Source: Octopus sinensis
Lineage: Eukaryota
Direction: 5' to 3'
Length of the DNA stretch: 64,000 nucleotides
NCBI RefSeq assembly: GCF_006345805.1
Contig: NC_042998.1
Coordinates: 197,160,001 to 197,224,000, forward strand
The position numbers and the translations under genes are program-made. Within the stretch, counting starts at the first letter, position 1. Each line of letters starts with the position of its first letter. Below the pieces are notes generated by a model. The model had not been told where the DNA came from and did no database searches. It was given only the letters and a program-made list of their open reading frames with translations. This document shows, piece by piece, positions 1 to 10,818 of the stretch.

Positions 1-648
1 GACCTGCTGTGCTTGAGGAAACCTATAGAGTCAAGTATATCAACATCAAAAATCAATGGAAATTGTAGATGGGATCCCTGTGCTGTTGGCACGTAAACAG
101 CACCATCCAAATGTGGCCATTTGCCAGCCTCCCCTGGCACCTGTGCCGGTGGCACGTAAAAAGCGCCAACCGATCATGGCCGGTTGCCAGCCTCCCCTGG
201 CACCTGTGCTGGTGGCACATAAAAAGCACCAACCGATCGTGGCTGTTTGCTAGCCTCCCCTGGCATCTGTGCTGGTGGCATGTAAAAAGTACCAACTGAT
301 CGTGGCTGGTTGCCAGCCTCCCCTGGCACCTGTGCCGGTGGCACATAAAAAGCACCATCTGTACGTGGTCGATGCCAGCGCCACCTTGACTGGCTTCCAT
401 GCTAGTGGCACGTAAAAAGCACCAACCGATCGTGGCCTTTGCCAGCCCTGCCTGGTACCTGTGCCGGTGGCACGTAAAAAGCACCCACTACATTCATGGA
501 GTGGTTGGCATTAGGAAGGCATCCAGCTGTAGAAACACTGCCAGATCAGACTGGAGCCTGGTGCAGCCCCTGACTTCCCAGACCCCAGTCGAACCATCCA
601 ACCCATGCTAGCATGGAAAACGGACGTTAAACGATGATGATGATGATG
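1..648 (+). mobile_element. Family D (GAT)n-tailed retroelement 3' region with 7 internal ~63-bp units
   Basis: Core GGCACGTAAAAAGCACC recurs at ~88, 151, 214, 277, 340, 407 and 469. It ends ...CATGCTAGCATGGAAAACGGACGTTAAACGATGATGATG. Confidence 0.85.
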
Positions 649-796
649 CCATGTTCATACTATAGCAGGAATAGGTTAAGCATCATTGCTGCCACATTCC
701 TGGTAAAGCAGTAATGAATGACACACGTAGAAAAATAGAAGATGCAGCCGATTCCGTCCATTAGTTTGCCTGCAATCATTACTCTTAAACTAAATC

Positions 797-1204
797 TCTC
801 TTTTACTCTTTTACTTGTTTCAGTCATTTGACTGCGGCCATGCTGGAGCACCGCCTTTAGTTGAGCAAATCGACCCCAGGACTTATTCTTTGTAAGCCCA
901 GTACTTATTCTATCGGTCTCTTTTGCCGAACAGCTAAGTGACAGGGACGTAAACACACCAGCATCAGTTGTCAAGCAATGCTAGGGGGACAAACACAGAC
1001 GCGCACACACACACACATACACATATATATATATACATATATACAACAGGCTTCTTTCAGTTTCCGTCTACCAAATCCACTCACAAGGCATTGGTCGGCC
1101 CGAGGCTATAGTAGAAGACACTTGCCCAAGGTGCATGCAGTGGGACTGAACCCGGAACCATGTGGTTGGTTAGCAAGCTACTTACCACACAGCCACTCCT
1201 CCGC
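797..1204 (-). mobile_element. SINE-A (tRNA-like head, CORE-like TTGGGCAAG motif, internal (TA)/(TG)n, ...CAAGTAAAAGAG tail)
   Basis: Reverse complement of the copies at 3261 and 16914. Confidence 0.9.
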
Positions 1205-1531
1205 AATTATAATTATAACTTGCAATTATAATTTTTTTTTGCTCAGGGCCCAAATGGAGGAAAAAGTTAGACACAGTGGGCCAGGTCTGAGAGGGTTAAC
1301 TCCAGCTATGAAGTCAATTTAATACAATAAATATTCCCTTCCAATTTGTGGCCCTGTGCATAATAATAATAATAATAATAATAATGATAATTGTTTCAAT
1401 CTTTGGTACAAGGCCGTTACTTTTTGAGGATGGAATTTAGCTGATTACATTGACCCCCATATTTGACTGATATTTTATCTTATTGACATTGAAGGGCAAA
1501 GTTGATTTAAGCAGGATTTGAACTCAGAATG

Positions 1532-1750
1532 CCTATTTCTTTACTACCCACAGAGAGGACAAACAAGGACAGACAAACGGATTAAGTCGATTACATCAAC
1601 CACAGTGCGTAACTGGTACTTGATTTATCGACCCCGAAAGGATGAAAGGCAAAGTCGACCTCGGCGGAATTTGAACTCAGAACGTAGCGGCAGACGAAAT
1701 ATGGCTACGCATTTCACCTGGCGTGCTAACGATTCTGCCAGCTCACCACC
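1532..1750 (-). mobile_element. SINE-C (GGTGGTGAGCTGGCAGAATCGTTAGC head, GCCTTTCATCCTTTCGGGGTCGATAAA central motif)
   Basis: Reverse complement of 1851-2083. The central motif resembles the conserved domain I recall from Sauria/Meta-type SINEs (not verified). Confidence 0.88.
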
Positions 1751-1850
1751 TTTTATATTGGACTCAGAATCCCATTAAGCATTTTGTTTGACTTGTTAAT
1801 GATCCAGCCGACTTTTTGAAATAATATAATAATAATAATAATTAATAATA

Positions 1851-2083
1851 GGTGGTGATCTGGCAGAAACGTTAGTGTACCGGGCGAAATGCTTAGTGGT
1901 ATTTCGTCTGTCGTTACGTTCTGAGTTCAAATTCCGCTGAGGTTGACTTTGCCTTTCATCCTTTCAGGGTCGATAAACAAAGTACCAGTTTCGCACTGGG
2001 GTCGATGTAATTGACTTAATCCATTTGTCTGTCCTTGTTTGTCCCCTCTATGTTTAGCCCCTTGTGGATAGTAAAGAAATAGG
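1851..2083 (+). mobile_element. SINE-C
   Basis: Head, GAGTTCAAATTCC B-box-like motif, central motif and tail ...GTAAAGAAATAGG. Confidence 0.88.
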
Positions 2084-2199
2084 TAATATTAATAATAATA
2101 AGAAGAAGAAGGAGGAAAACTGATTATACCAAGTTTCAAATTGATATGAGCAGTGAATCATCCCTTTGTAGGATGTGTAGCAGCAAAATTGAAACAATA

Positions 2200-2719
2200 T
2201 CACATGTTGTGAGTGAGTGTAGCAAACCGGCCTAAAGGAATATAAAAGGAAGAACGATAATGCGGCTAAGTTTGCTCGCTGGAGATTGTGTAAGAAGTAC
2301 AGTCTTGGAAGAACATGGAAATGGTACGAACATGAATCAGAATGTGTCACTGAGAATAATGAATATAAGACCTTGTGGGATTTTACAATCCAATGTGACT
2401 TTCTCATAGATGCTCAAAGACCAGACATTATCAGAGTGAATAAAAGGGAGAAGGAAACTAAGATTACAGGTATTGCTGTACCTGAGGATGCATGCATAGG
2501 TAACAAAAACCTGGAAAAGGTGGAGAAATACAAGTTACTAAAAGATGAAATTGCAAGAATGTGGGCAACGAAAAGAGTAACGACCATCATAGTTGTTGCA
2601 GGGACACTTGGAGCACTAACAACTAATTTTGAGAAATGTGTTGAAGAAATTGGTATTGGCAAGAGGGTAGAGCTTGCACAAAATCTGCTCTGTTGGGGAT
2701 AGCAAAGATTTTGAGATTG
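2200..2719 (+). mobile_element. R4/Dong-like non-LTR retrotransposon remnant, C-terminal restriction-like endonuclease domain
   Basis: ORF 2286-2702: W-Y-E-H...LWDFTIQCD...RPDII...IAVP.D...EKVEKY.LL..EI.RMW...GTLG, the PD-(D/E)xK RLE pattern typical of R2/R4-group ORF ends. Confidence 0.8.
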
Positions 2720-3157
2720 AAATCTTCAAAGCCACAGTCGAACCAATTCTACTATGTGGCTCAGAAACCTGGACGTTATCAAAGAAGCTTGAGAGGTGGT
2801 TGGATGGAACCTACACTCGCCTCCTTATGAGAGCTCAAAATCTCGTGGAAGCGCCATCCAACCAAAATGCAAATATATGGGAAACTACCACCTGTGTCAT
2901 CTCTTGTGAAAGGTAGGAGAGTCCAGTTTTCTGGACATTGTTGTAGAGCTGAAAACGAGGCAATTTCTACTCTTCTCCTCTGGAAGCCATCTGCTTGTGA
3001 TACCAGAGGGCGCACACTCTCCTACCCTGGTGTAATCTCCAGGGATACAGGCATCCAGCAACAGGACCTCCGTAATGCCATGATGGACCGTGAGGTCTGG
3101 CGTAGCATGGTAAATTCCATTGTCTCGACCACGGTCGAACAATGATGATGATGATGA
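2720..3157 (+). mobile_element. 5'-truncated RTE-clade LINE inserted at the end of the R4 remnant
   Basis: IFKATVEPILLCGSETWTL...QFSGHCCR...DREVWRSMV and a (GAT)n tail. 9-bp TSD TTGAGATTG at 2711-2719 and 3158-3166. Confidence 0.88.
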
Positions 3158-3260
3158 TTGAGATTGGCGCTTGGGTGTTGAGTATCTTTCACAGTGCCTA
3201 ACATCTAGGTACCCAGTCTTATAATTCGTGGAAAGAGACTAAGTGATTCTGTGAGAGCTT

Positions 3261-3665
3261 CGCAGGAATGGCTGTGTGGTAAGTAGCTTGCTAACCAACC
3301 ACATGGTTCCGAGTTCAGTCCCACTGCGTGGCATCTTGGGCAAGTGTCTTCTGCTATAGCCCCAGGCCGACCAATGCCTTGTGAGTGGATTTGGTAGACG
3401 GAAACTGAAAGAAGCCTGTCGTATATATGTATATATATATATGTGTGTGTTTGTGTGTCTGTTTGTCCCCCTAGCATCGCTTGACAACCGATGCTGGTGT
3501 GTTTACGTCCCCGTCACTTAGCGGTTCGGCAAAAAAAGAGACCGATAGAATAAGTACTGGGCTTACAAAGAATAAGTCCCGGGGTCGATTTGCTCGATTA
3601 AAGGCGGTGCTCCAGCATGGCCGCAGTCAAATGACTGAAACAAGTAAAAGAGAAAGAGAGAAAGA
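3261..3665 (+). mobile_element. SINE-A, full length
   Basis: GGCTGTGTGGTAAG (A-box-like) and GGTTCCGAGTTCAGTCCC (B-box-like), TTGGGCAAG, internal microsatellite, AAGAG-rich tail. Confidence 0.9.
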
Positions 3666-3744
3666 GGTTGCTGTCTGCTCTCACAGAATTAACTGGAACA
3701 AGTAGGACAGAGTTCTGAGAAGTAAAATATAATAGCAATAATAA

Positions 3745-3947
3745 TATTCCTCTCTACTATAGGCACAAGACCTCGAATTTTGAGGTTGAGGGCCAGTCAA
3801 TTACATCGACTCCAGTGCTCGAGTGGTACTTATTTTATAGAACCCAAAAGGATGAAAGGCAAAGTTCATTTGGTTGGAATTTAAACTCAGAATGTAAATC
3901 TCAAAGTGGTTTGTCTGGAGTGCTAACGATTCTGCCAACTCACTGCT
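3745..3947 (-). mobile_element. SINE-C, diverged, alternative tail
   Basis: GGATGAAAGGCAAAG and GCTAACGATTCTGCCA on the + strand. Confidence 0.75.
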
Positions 3948-3956
3948 TTAATAATA

Positions 3957-4329
3957 ACTAGCAGTATCGCCCGGCGTTGCTCGGGTTTGTAAGGGAAATA
4001 ACTATAAAGCAGTTTTAGAGAGTTATAGCCAAAAAATGGAAAAAAAATGATGGTAAATTTTTTTTTAGTTAAAAAGGTCGAGTTGCGTCCCCTAGACAGT
4101 CTGTGGTTTGTGTTTCTGATTCTCGACCCCATGTCGAATTTATCGATTTTTTTCAGAACTGGGGGAACTTTTCAAAATTTTCGCTGCGTTAGTTTTGAAT
4201 TATGACATTGGGCTATGTGTGTGTCAAGTTTCATCAGAATCGGTTGAAAGCCGTGGTCAGGGTGAGGGTACAACCTAACAGACACACAGAAACACACACA
4301 GACAAACTGCCGTTTATATATAGAGAGAT
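3957..4329 (+). mobile_element. Non-autonomous Helitron/Helentron-like element
   Basis: Starts ACTAGCAGTATCGCCCGGCGTTGCTCGGG and ends with (AC/AG) microsatellite then TTTATATATAGAGAGAT. This architecture resembles DINE-1/Lep1-type elements. The 5' end is shared with 62335. Confidence 0.6.
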
Positions 4330-4959
4330 AATTAGTATTAGTATTTACATAGCAATACCGAATCTGTTGGCTCCGTTTGCTGAGCCTTGTCCCATCCTAT
4401 GTCTGCAAACATCCAGAATGTTTAACTCTACTAAGGAGACACACTTTCTGCAGTGTTACAAAATTAATGGTTACTCTGATCACAGAAGATCATTTGGTGA
4501 TATTTTCAAATGCTGTATCTATTAACCCATTCTAAAAGGATTCTTATTTAATTGTCTGTAGTTGCAAAACCTTTTTTGGTTACCACTTTAGGTCCTGGAA
4601 TTTATTTAATTATCCATTTTCTTTTCCTTTTATATCCCAGTATCCAGTGGGCAGGTGATGTCTATTTTCTTACAAGCACTAGTATCTTTCTCTAAGTACA
4701 ATGATATTCTGTATTTGAATATTCCAATTCTTTATCTGAATTTTCATGTCCATGAAACATTTACCTGTTCATTTTCAACAAGTTTCATGGTTCCACGGTC
4801 GTACCACCTTCCTGGGTGTTCTACACTGCATATTTTATGCAATTGCTTGTGTATAGTTAAGGCAATTTTGCCATATCTCAAAGTTTTGTACAGTTCCAGT
4901 GTCATTTCCTTCCTTATAACTTAGATATGTTTCGACCAAAGATTGGTCCAGGCCATGTC

Positions 4960-5210
4960 TAACTTAATAGCACCACCCGATAGGATTATTCGAATCCTGT
5001 TTGAGTCAAGTTTTGTTCAAGTAGTGAGTTCTTGTTGGGTGAGTTGTATCCAATTATCGGTGGCTTATCTGGTACTTTTTGAAGGAATCTATCCAGACTC
5101 TGTTTAAAGTTGATGGGATCCTTTTCCTCTTTGATCTCCCTTGGGACAATGTTAAATAGGGCAGGGCCTGTTGATATTAAGTGGATTCGAGCCTCTTCTA
5201 TCACAAATTC
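4960..5210 (-). mobile_element. CR1/L2-type LINE ORF2 C-terminal fragment
   Basis: ORF 4986-5204 GPALFNIVP...FKQSLDRFL..VPDKP...GY, the typical CR1/L2-group C-terminus. Confidence 0.65.
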
Positions 5211-5356
5211 ATATAATGGTTGATATTTTCCCTGTATCTCTATGTCTTTTGATTACTTGTGTTCTTATAATTTCCATTTTCTTGGCAAGGACATCATAGC
5301 CGTTAGTTCCATTCTTATGTCTTCCCTAAATACTCTTACACTGTTTACCAATGTGT

Positions 5357-5743
5357 GGAGGCGCAATGGCCCAGTGGTTAGGGCAGCGGACTCGCGGTCA
5401 TAGGATCGCGGTTTTGATTCCCAGACCGGGCGTTGTGAGTGTTTATTGAGCGAAAACACCTAAAAAGCTCCACGATGCTCCGGCAGGGGGTGGTGGTGAT
5501 TCCTGCTGTACTCTTTCACCACAACTTTCTCTCACTCTTACTTCCTGTTTCTGTTGTACCTGTATTTCAAAGGGCCGGCCTTGTCACTCTCTGTGTCACG
5601 CTGAATATCCCCGAGAACTACGTTAAGGGTACACGTGTCTGTGGAGTGCTCAGCCACTTACACGTTAATTTCACGAGCAGGCTGTTCCGTTGATTCGGAT
5701 CAACCGGAACCCTCGTCGTCGTAACCGACGGAGTGCTTCCCCA
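5357..5743 (+). mobile_element. SINE-B (tRNA-derived head GGCCCAGTGGTTAGGGCAGCGG...GGTTTCGATTCCC, ~385 bp)
   Basis: Pol III A/B-box-like motifs. 12-bp target-site duplication TTACCAATGTGT at 5345-5356 and 5744-5755. Confidence 0.92.
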
Positions 5744-6094
5744 TTACCAATGTGTCCCATTGCCTTTCATTTCTACCAAATAATTTCCAGCATCCATACT
5801 TATTCGCTGATTGATTTGCTCATCTTTTCCAAATCCATATCCAGCTTTTGCCTTTTTGTTTTTTTGAAAGTATGGCTTACAGGAATAAGACTGATTTTAT
5901 ATTGTGAACGGGTTACCATTATTCTCTTGAGATATTCCTGTCTTTCTTTTAATTTTACCAAGTCTCTCTCTGTAGTGTGGTCGATTTCTCTTTAGTCTCT
6001 CTTCAATTTGCATAAGTTGCATCTTTGCAGTTTTTTTTTTCTTCTTTTGCTTCAATTCATTTCTTGTTACTGCTATCCTTAACTTGGGTTCACA

Positions 6095-6345
6095 TCACTG
6101 TTCCTGTTATTACCATTGTCGTCGTCATCATTGTCATCGTCGTCGTTGTCATCGTCGTCGTCGTCGTCATCATCATCGTCGTCATTACCATCGTCATCGT
6201 CGTCGTCATCATCATCGTCATTGTCATCATTGTCGTCGTCATCATTATCGTCATCATCGTCATCATCATCATTGTCATCATCATCGTTATCATCATCATC
6301 ATTGTCATCATCATCGTCATCATCATTATCGTCATCATCATTATT
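6095..6345. repeat. Compound trinucleotide microsatellite (ATC/GTC/ATT)n
   Basis: Directly visible. It explains the poly-I/V, poly-H/R, poly-S and poly-M/T ORFs in the track. Confidence 0.97.
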
Positions 6346-6529
6346 GTTATTTGCTTTTAGTCTGCATGCTTGTTACAAGCACTTATCAAGACACACCCAG
6401 CATCCTAGGGTGAATGAAGGATAAGAGATATTACAGAATGACTGAAAGCTTGGGGCGGGGAAGTGGCAGGGGCAGTAGCAAAATATCTTCATTTAAATGT
6501 CTGTGTAGTACAGGCATTTAAATTGATAG

Positions 6530-6830
6530 AGTTTTTCAAAGAATGTGAGTAGTATTTGTCAGCACAATCTTTTGGATTTCTCTGAGACATGATTCTCCTG
6601 GGATGTTATCTAGATACTTCCGACATCCCTTTTTTATCATACCTAGGGCACCTACGATAACAGGAACAGTTCTTGCCTTAAGATGCCACATCTTTTGTAT
6701 TTCAATTTCCATGTCCTTACATTTACTTCATTTGTTAAATTCCTTTACAGATATATTTTTATCAGTGGGAACACTCATATCTATTAGCCTATTTTCTTCC
6801 TCGTCTTTAATAATTATGTCTGGTCAATTA
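6530..6830 (-). mobile_element. R4-like RLE domain remnant
   Basis: Minus strand PDIIIKD...LIDMSVPTDKNISVKEFNK...EIQKMWHLKARTVPVIVGALGMIKKG. Confidence 0.7.
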
Positions 6831-6915
6831 GCCTAGATCGTTCTGTTAGTGTTGATTGGAAAATCCCAGAAGATATTATTATTATTATTATTATAATCAT
6901 TATCATCATTATGAA

Positions 6916-7395
6916 GATAGTGAACTGGCAGAATCATTAGCATGCTGGACAAAATGCTTACTGGTATTTTGTCTATCTTTACATTCTGAGTTCAAATTCC
7001 ACTGAGGTTAACTTTGCATTTCATTATTTTGGGAATGGTAAAATAAGTACCAGTTAATAATTGGGGCTGATGTAATCATCTATCCTCTCCTTGTAAATTT
7101 CAGGTCTTGTACCTTATAGCAGAGAGGATTATCATTATTATCAGTATTATTTTCCTTTTCTTTCAATACTGAGGTGGTGAGCTTGTGGTCTTGTTACCAT
7201 GCCTAGACAAAATGCCTTGAGGAACTTTTTCTGACTCTTTATGTTCTGAGTTCGAATACCACTAAGGTCACCTTTGCTTTACTTCCATTTGGCTTTGATA
7301 AAATAACTACTAGTTGAGCACCAAAGTCAATGTAATTGACTTTCTACTCCTCTCAAAATTGCTGAACTTGAGCTAAAATTAAAAAGAATTATTAT
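6916..7395 (+). mobile_element. Two diverged tandem SINE-C copies (6916-7135 and 7173-7395)
   Basis: CTGAGTTCAAATTCC and CTTTGC(A/T)TT motifs appear twice. Confidence 0.7.
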
Positions 7396-7419
7396 CATCA
7401 TTATTTTATTTATGCACAA

Positions 7420-8170
7420 CAGATTAGACAGTCTGGAAAACATTCCTCACATTGGGCTGCAACAAGTAATCTTAGATGCCAAGAACCCACCAAAGTATCC
7501 TTGCTGTCCCTAATAACACTGTTTTCTCCAGGTGTACTAGACTAGGTTTTATGCCCATTTCCTCGATCTACCTGTTCAAATCTTTAGGAATAGTTGCTAA
7601 GGCACCTATTGCTACAAGGATACATTTTACCTTCACTTTCCATAGTTTTCTGTAACTCAATGGCTAGGGCCAGGTACTTTCTTATTTTCTCCATACCTCA
7701 CATTTTGACTTTTTCATCATTTGGGATTGTAAAGTCAATTACCTGGCACTTTATATTCTCTTTGTCCACTACTACTACTACTGCCGCCACCACCACTACT
7801 AAATCAGGCCTTCTAGCTTCTATTGCTCTGTTTGTTTGAATGTTAAGATTCCACAACATCTTATATTTCTTATTTTCTAGCACTTTACTAGGTTCATGTT
7901 CATACCACATATCAGTATGGTCAAATCCTAGCTTTCTACACAACTCCCAGTGGATTATTCTCCCTGGGTTGCCATGCCTTCTTGTATTCTTCATGTGCCA
8001 GCATACTACATTCGCTAACTATATGAGTAACACTCTCTTCTTTTGATTTACATAATCTACATTGGGAATCTATCTGATTTTTTTGTCTATCTTAGCTTTT
8101 ATCCTCTTAGTCCTCAATGCCTGATCTTGTGTTGCTACTAACAAATTTTCTGTCTCCCTTTTATCATCAT
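7420..8170 (-). mobile_element. R4-like RLE domain remnant with an internal (ACT)/(ACC) microsatellite
   Basis: ORF 7698-7994: RRH...IHWELCRK...WYEHEP..VLEN...LW...IQT....ARRPDL...IDF.IP.D. Confidence 0.75.
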
Positions 8171-8588
8171 TATCATTATTATTTGGTGGTGGATTGGCAA
8201 TATCATTAGTATCAGTTTGTTGTATTGTAGTGTTACTTGTCCTGTATTACTTTGGCTTTGTATTTTACTATCCTGCTCAGATAAAAATTACCATTTCTTA
8301 TTTTAAGCTTCTCTTTGTACATTCTAAAATTCTTTTTAGTTATTTGTGAGTGAATCTTGGATTACTCTTTTTACTAGTCAATTCTGTGATAATGCATGAA
8401 GTGTTTTGCTTGGCAATAATGAATGTTTTTATAATATTCAAGTATTTAGGTTAGATTAATTTCTGTCTAACTCATTATTGCAAAGAAAAATTAATAATAA
8501 TTTAACTATTTTATGTATTTGTTCTAAAACAAAATATTTCTGTTAAAAATACACATTCTCTCTCACATTTTTTTCTTCTTTAATATAG

Positions 8589-8881
8589 GAAGCAAGCGTT
8601 AATGGCAAGATCTTTACAACAGGGATTAGACGATGATGCTTACGATGAAGATAGTGTAACCTTTCACCACCCTACGGACATGATTCGGAAACCCCTTGTT
8701 CATTCTAAATCCTCAATACCTGTTAAAATGTATAAACTCCACAAGCTTTTGAGACGTAGAGCTCAGCAAAGGGGAGAAGACATACAAGAGCCTGAGAAGA
8801 AAGCTGCTCCTCGTCCTAAACCTAGACCACCTAGTATACCAAATTACGAATCCAAAAAAATACCAGGATATTTAGTTAGTG
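8589..8881 (+). CDS. Internal coding exon of an unidentified + strand gene (xKQALMARSLQQGLDDDAYDEDSVTFHH...PNYESKKIPGYLVS)
   Basis: Acceptor ttttcttctttaatatAG ends at 8588 and donor GTAAGG starts at 8882. The 293-nt exon is open in the frame of ORF 8602-8910, is non-repetitive and protein-like, enters in phase 2 and leaves in phase 1. It joins in frame to 10970. Confidence 0.8.
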
Positions 8882-9454
8882 GTAAGGAATTATTTATTAA
8901 CCATTATTAACAGCAAGTAGTCAATACGATTAACCATTAACTAATCTCCCTTTAGGAGGCGCAATGGCCCAGTGGTTAGGGCAGCGGACTCGCGATCGGA
9001 GGATCACGGTTTCGATTCCCAGACCGGGCATTGTGAGTGTTTATTGAGCGAAAACACCTAAAGCTCCACGAAGCTCCGGCAGGGGATGGTGGTGATCCCT
9101 GCTGTACTCTTTCACTACAACTTTCTCTCACTCTTTCTTCCTGTTTCTCTTGTACCTGTATTTCAAAGGGCCGGCCTTGTCACACTCTGTGTCACACTGA
9201 ATCTCCTCGAGAACTACGTTAAGGGTACACGTGTCTGTGGAGTGCTCAGCCACTTGCACGTTATTATCACGAGCAAGCTGTTCCGTTGATCGTATCAGCT
9301 GGGAACCTCATCGTCGAAACCGACGGAGTACTCCAAAATCTCCCTTTAGTAATTATTAAAATTTTTTTTTTTTTTTAAATTTAAATAATTACTAAAGGGA
9401 GATTAGTTAATGGCTAATCGTATTGACTACTTGCTGTTGCAATAATTTCCTTGC
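8882..9454. other. Long inverted repeat (fold-back), left arm starting at the splice donor and interrupted by SINE-B
   Basis: 8909-8955 is the reverse complement of 9392-9438 (46/47). 9337-9364 pairs with 9377-9404 (27/28) around a T-run. GTAAGGAA (8882-8889) can pair with TTCCTTGC (9447-9454) using one G-U. Confidence 0.9.
8956..9336 (+). mobile_element. SINE-B inserted into a fold-back element
   Basis: 13-bp TSD AATCTCCCTTTAG at 8943-8955 and 9337-9349. Confidence 0.92.
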
Positions 9455-9755
9455 GTTTCTGGGCAGAATGTCTTATTCTTCCTCTAACTTTAGGGAGAAA
9501 TAAATACTAGATCCGTAGAATGTTACCTGCTATAGAGAGATGCTTAGCCAGGAAAAGATGCCATCTGCTTTCATGTCATCAAACTGGAATAATTCACCAG
9601 ATGTTACAATGCTTATGTAAAGCATTTTTAAGATCATAGCTTCATGTCGATTCATCAGCAATATTTAGCTATAACTAAACACCTATGGATATAGTTCTCT
9701 GCCTTAAGTAGTAACAGCACTGTGAAGTTTATGTATTTGCTTAGTTATCTGAGAC

Positions 9756-10190
9756 AGACTCATGTCCTATTCGGTGGGAATTTTAGACTCATGTCCTATT
9801 CGGTGGGAATTTTAGACTCATGTCCTATTCGGTGGGAATTTTAGACTCATGTCCTATTCGGTGGGAATTTTAGACTCATGTCCTATTCGGTGGGAATTTT
9901 AGACTCATGTCCTATTCGGTGGGAATTTTAGACTCCTGTCCTATTCGGTGGGAATTTTAGACTCCTGTCCTATTCGGTGGGAATTTTAGACTCCTGTGCT
10001 ATTCGGTGGGAATTTTAGACTCCTGTCCTATTCGGTGGGAATTTTAGACTCCTGTCCTATTCGGTGGGAATTTTAGACTCCTGTCCTATTCGGTGGGAAT
10101 TTTAGACTCCTGTCCTATTCGGTGGGAATTTTAGACTCCTGTCCTATTCGGTGGGAATTTTAGACTCATGTCCTATTCGGTGGGAATTTT
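9756..10190. repeat. 29-bp minisatellite, 15 copies of AGACTC(A/C)TGTCCTATTCGGTGGGAATTTT
   Basis: Period 29 (9756, 9785, 9814 ... 10162), 435 bp total. Units 1-6 and 15 have CATG, units 7-14 have CCTG, and unit 9 has one extra C>G. Confidence 0.98.
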
Positions 10191-10440
10191 GTCCCATTTG
10201 TTTAATGTTTCAGAAACTAGAATTAAGTATTTAATCAGCTGTCAGTATATGACAACTGTTTGCCAAAGGGAGGTTCTATACTCTATTATTATAATTTGGT
10301 TTATGGAATTAATAATTTTGAATGTTTCATAGAGAAAAGACACTTTCAGATAATTGATGAAGTTCTTTCAGAATCATGTTTTGATGTTTATCTCAGCAAC
10401 TGTGCATCTTTGATAAGCTCTGCATAGGACCCATGGACTA

Positions 10441-10818
10441 GTGATACGTAAAAAGCACTATCCGAATCGTGGCTGATGCCAGCGCCGCCTCGACTGGCTT
10501 CCGTGCCGGTGGCATGTAAAAAGCACCATCCGAATCGTGGCCGAAGCCAGTGCCGCCTTGACTGGCTTCTGTGCCGGTGGCACGTAAAATGCACCAATCC
10601 GACCGTGGCCGTTGCCAGCCTCGCCTGGCACCTGTGCGGGTGGCACGTAAAAAGCACCCACTACACTCACGGAGTGGTTGGCGTTAGGAAGGGCATCCAG
10701 CTGTAGAAACACTGCCAGATAAGACTGGAGCCTGGTGCAGCCATCTGGCTTCCCAGATCACCTGTCGAACCGTCCAACCCATGCTAGCATGGAGAACGGA
10801 CGTTAAACGATGATGATG
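10441..10818 (+). mobile_element. Family D copy, 4 units, 5'-truncated
   Basis: Same core units, same 3' end and (GAT)n tail. Confidence 0.85.

Larger units (their letters stand above)
4400..6000 (-). mobile_element. Old fragmented R4-like element (RT remnant 5210-6000, RLE remnant 4400-4930) with a nested CR1/L2 fragment and SINE-B
   Basis: Minus-strand degenerate GKDEQIN..MD...LVNSVRVF.EDIRME (RT) and ...WYD...VENE...W.MKIQ...KIDITCP.DT (RLE). Many stops and frameshifts. Confidence 0.55.

Noticed and set aside
80-490. Repeat-spacer appearance of the 63-bp units (constant core plus ~40-bp linker)
   Set aside because: Linkers are homologous to each other (two types) and sit inside a tailed retroelement, so this is not a CRISPR array.
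5357-5430. tRNA-like sequence at SINE-B heads
   Set aside because: No intact cloverleaf, and it is followed by the SINE body, tail and TSD. These are SINE heads, not tRNA genes.
6025-6424. Poly-His/Arg, poly-Ser, poly-Ile/Val and poly-Met/Thr ORFs
   Set aside because: All frames are open because of a trinucleotide microsatellite. No splice or start context.
9535-9630. Possible extra exon (EMLSQEKMPSAFMSS...)
   Set aside because: Weak splice sites, and exons 8881 and 10970 already join in frame without it.
9756-10190. CRISPR-like 29-bp repeat
   Set aside because: Units are contiguous with no spacers, there are no cas genes, and the context is eukaryotic.
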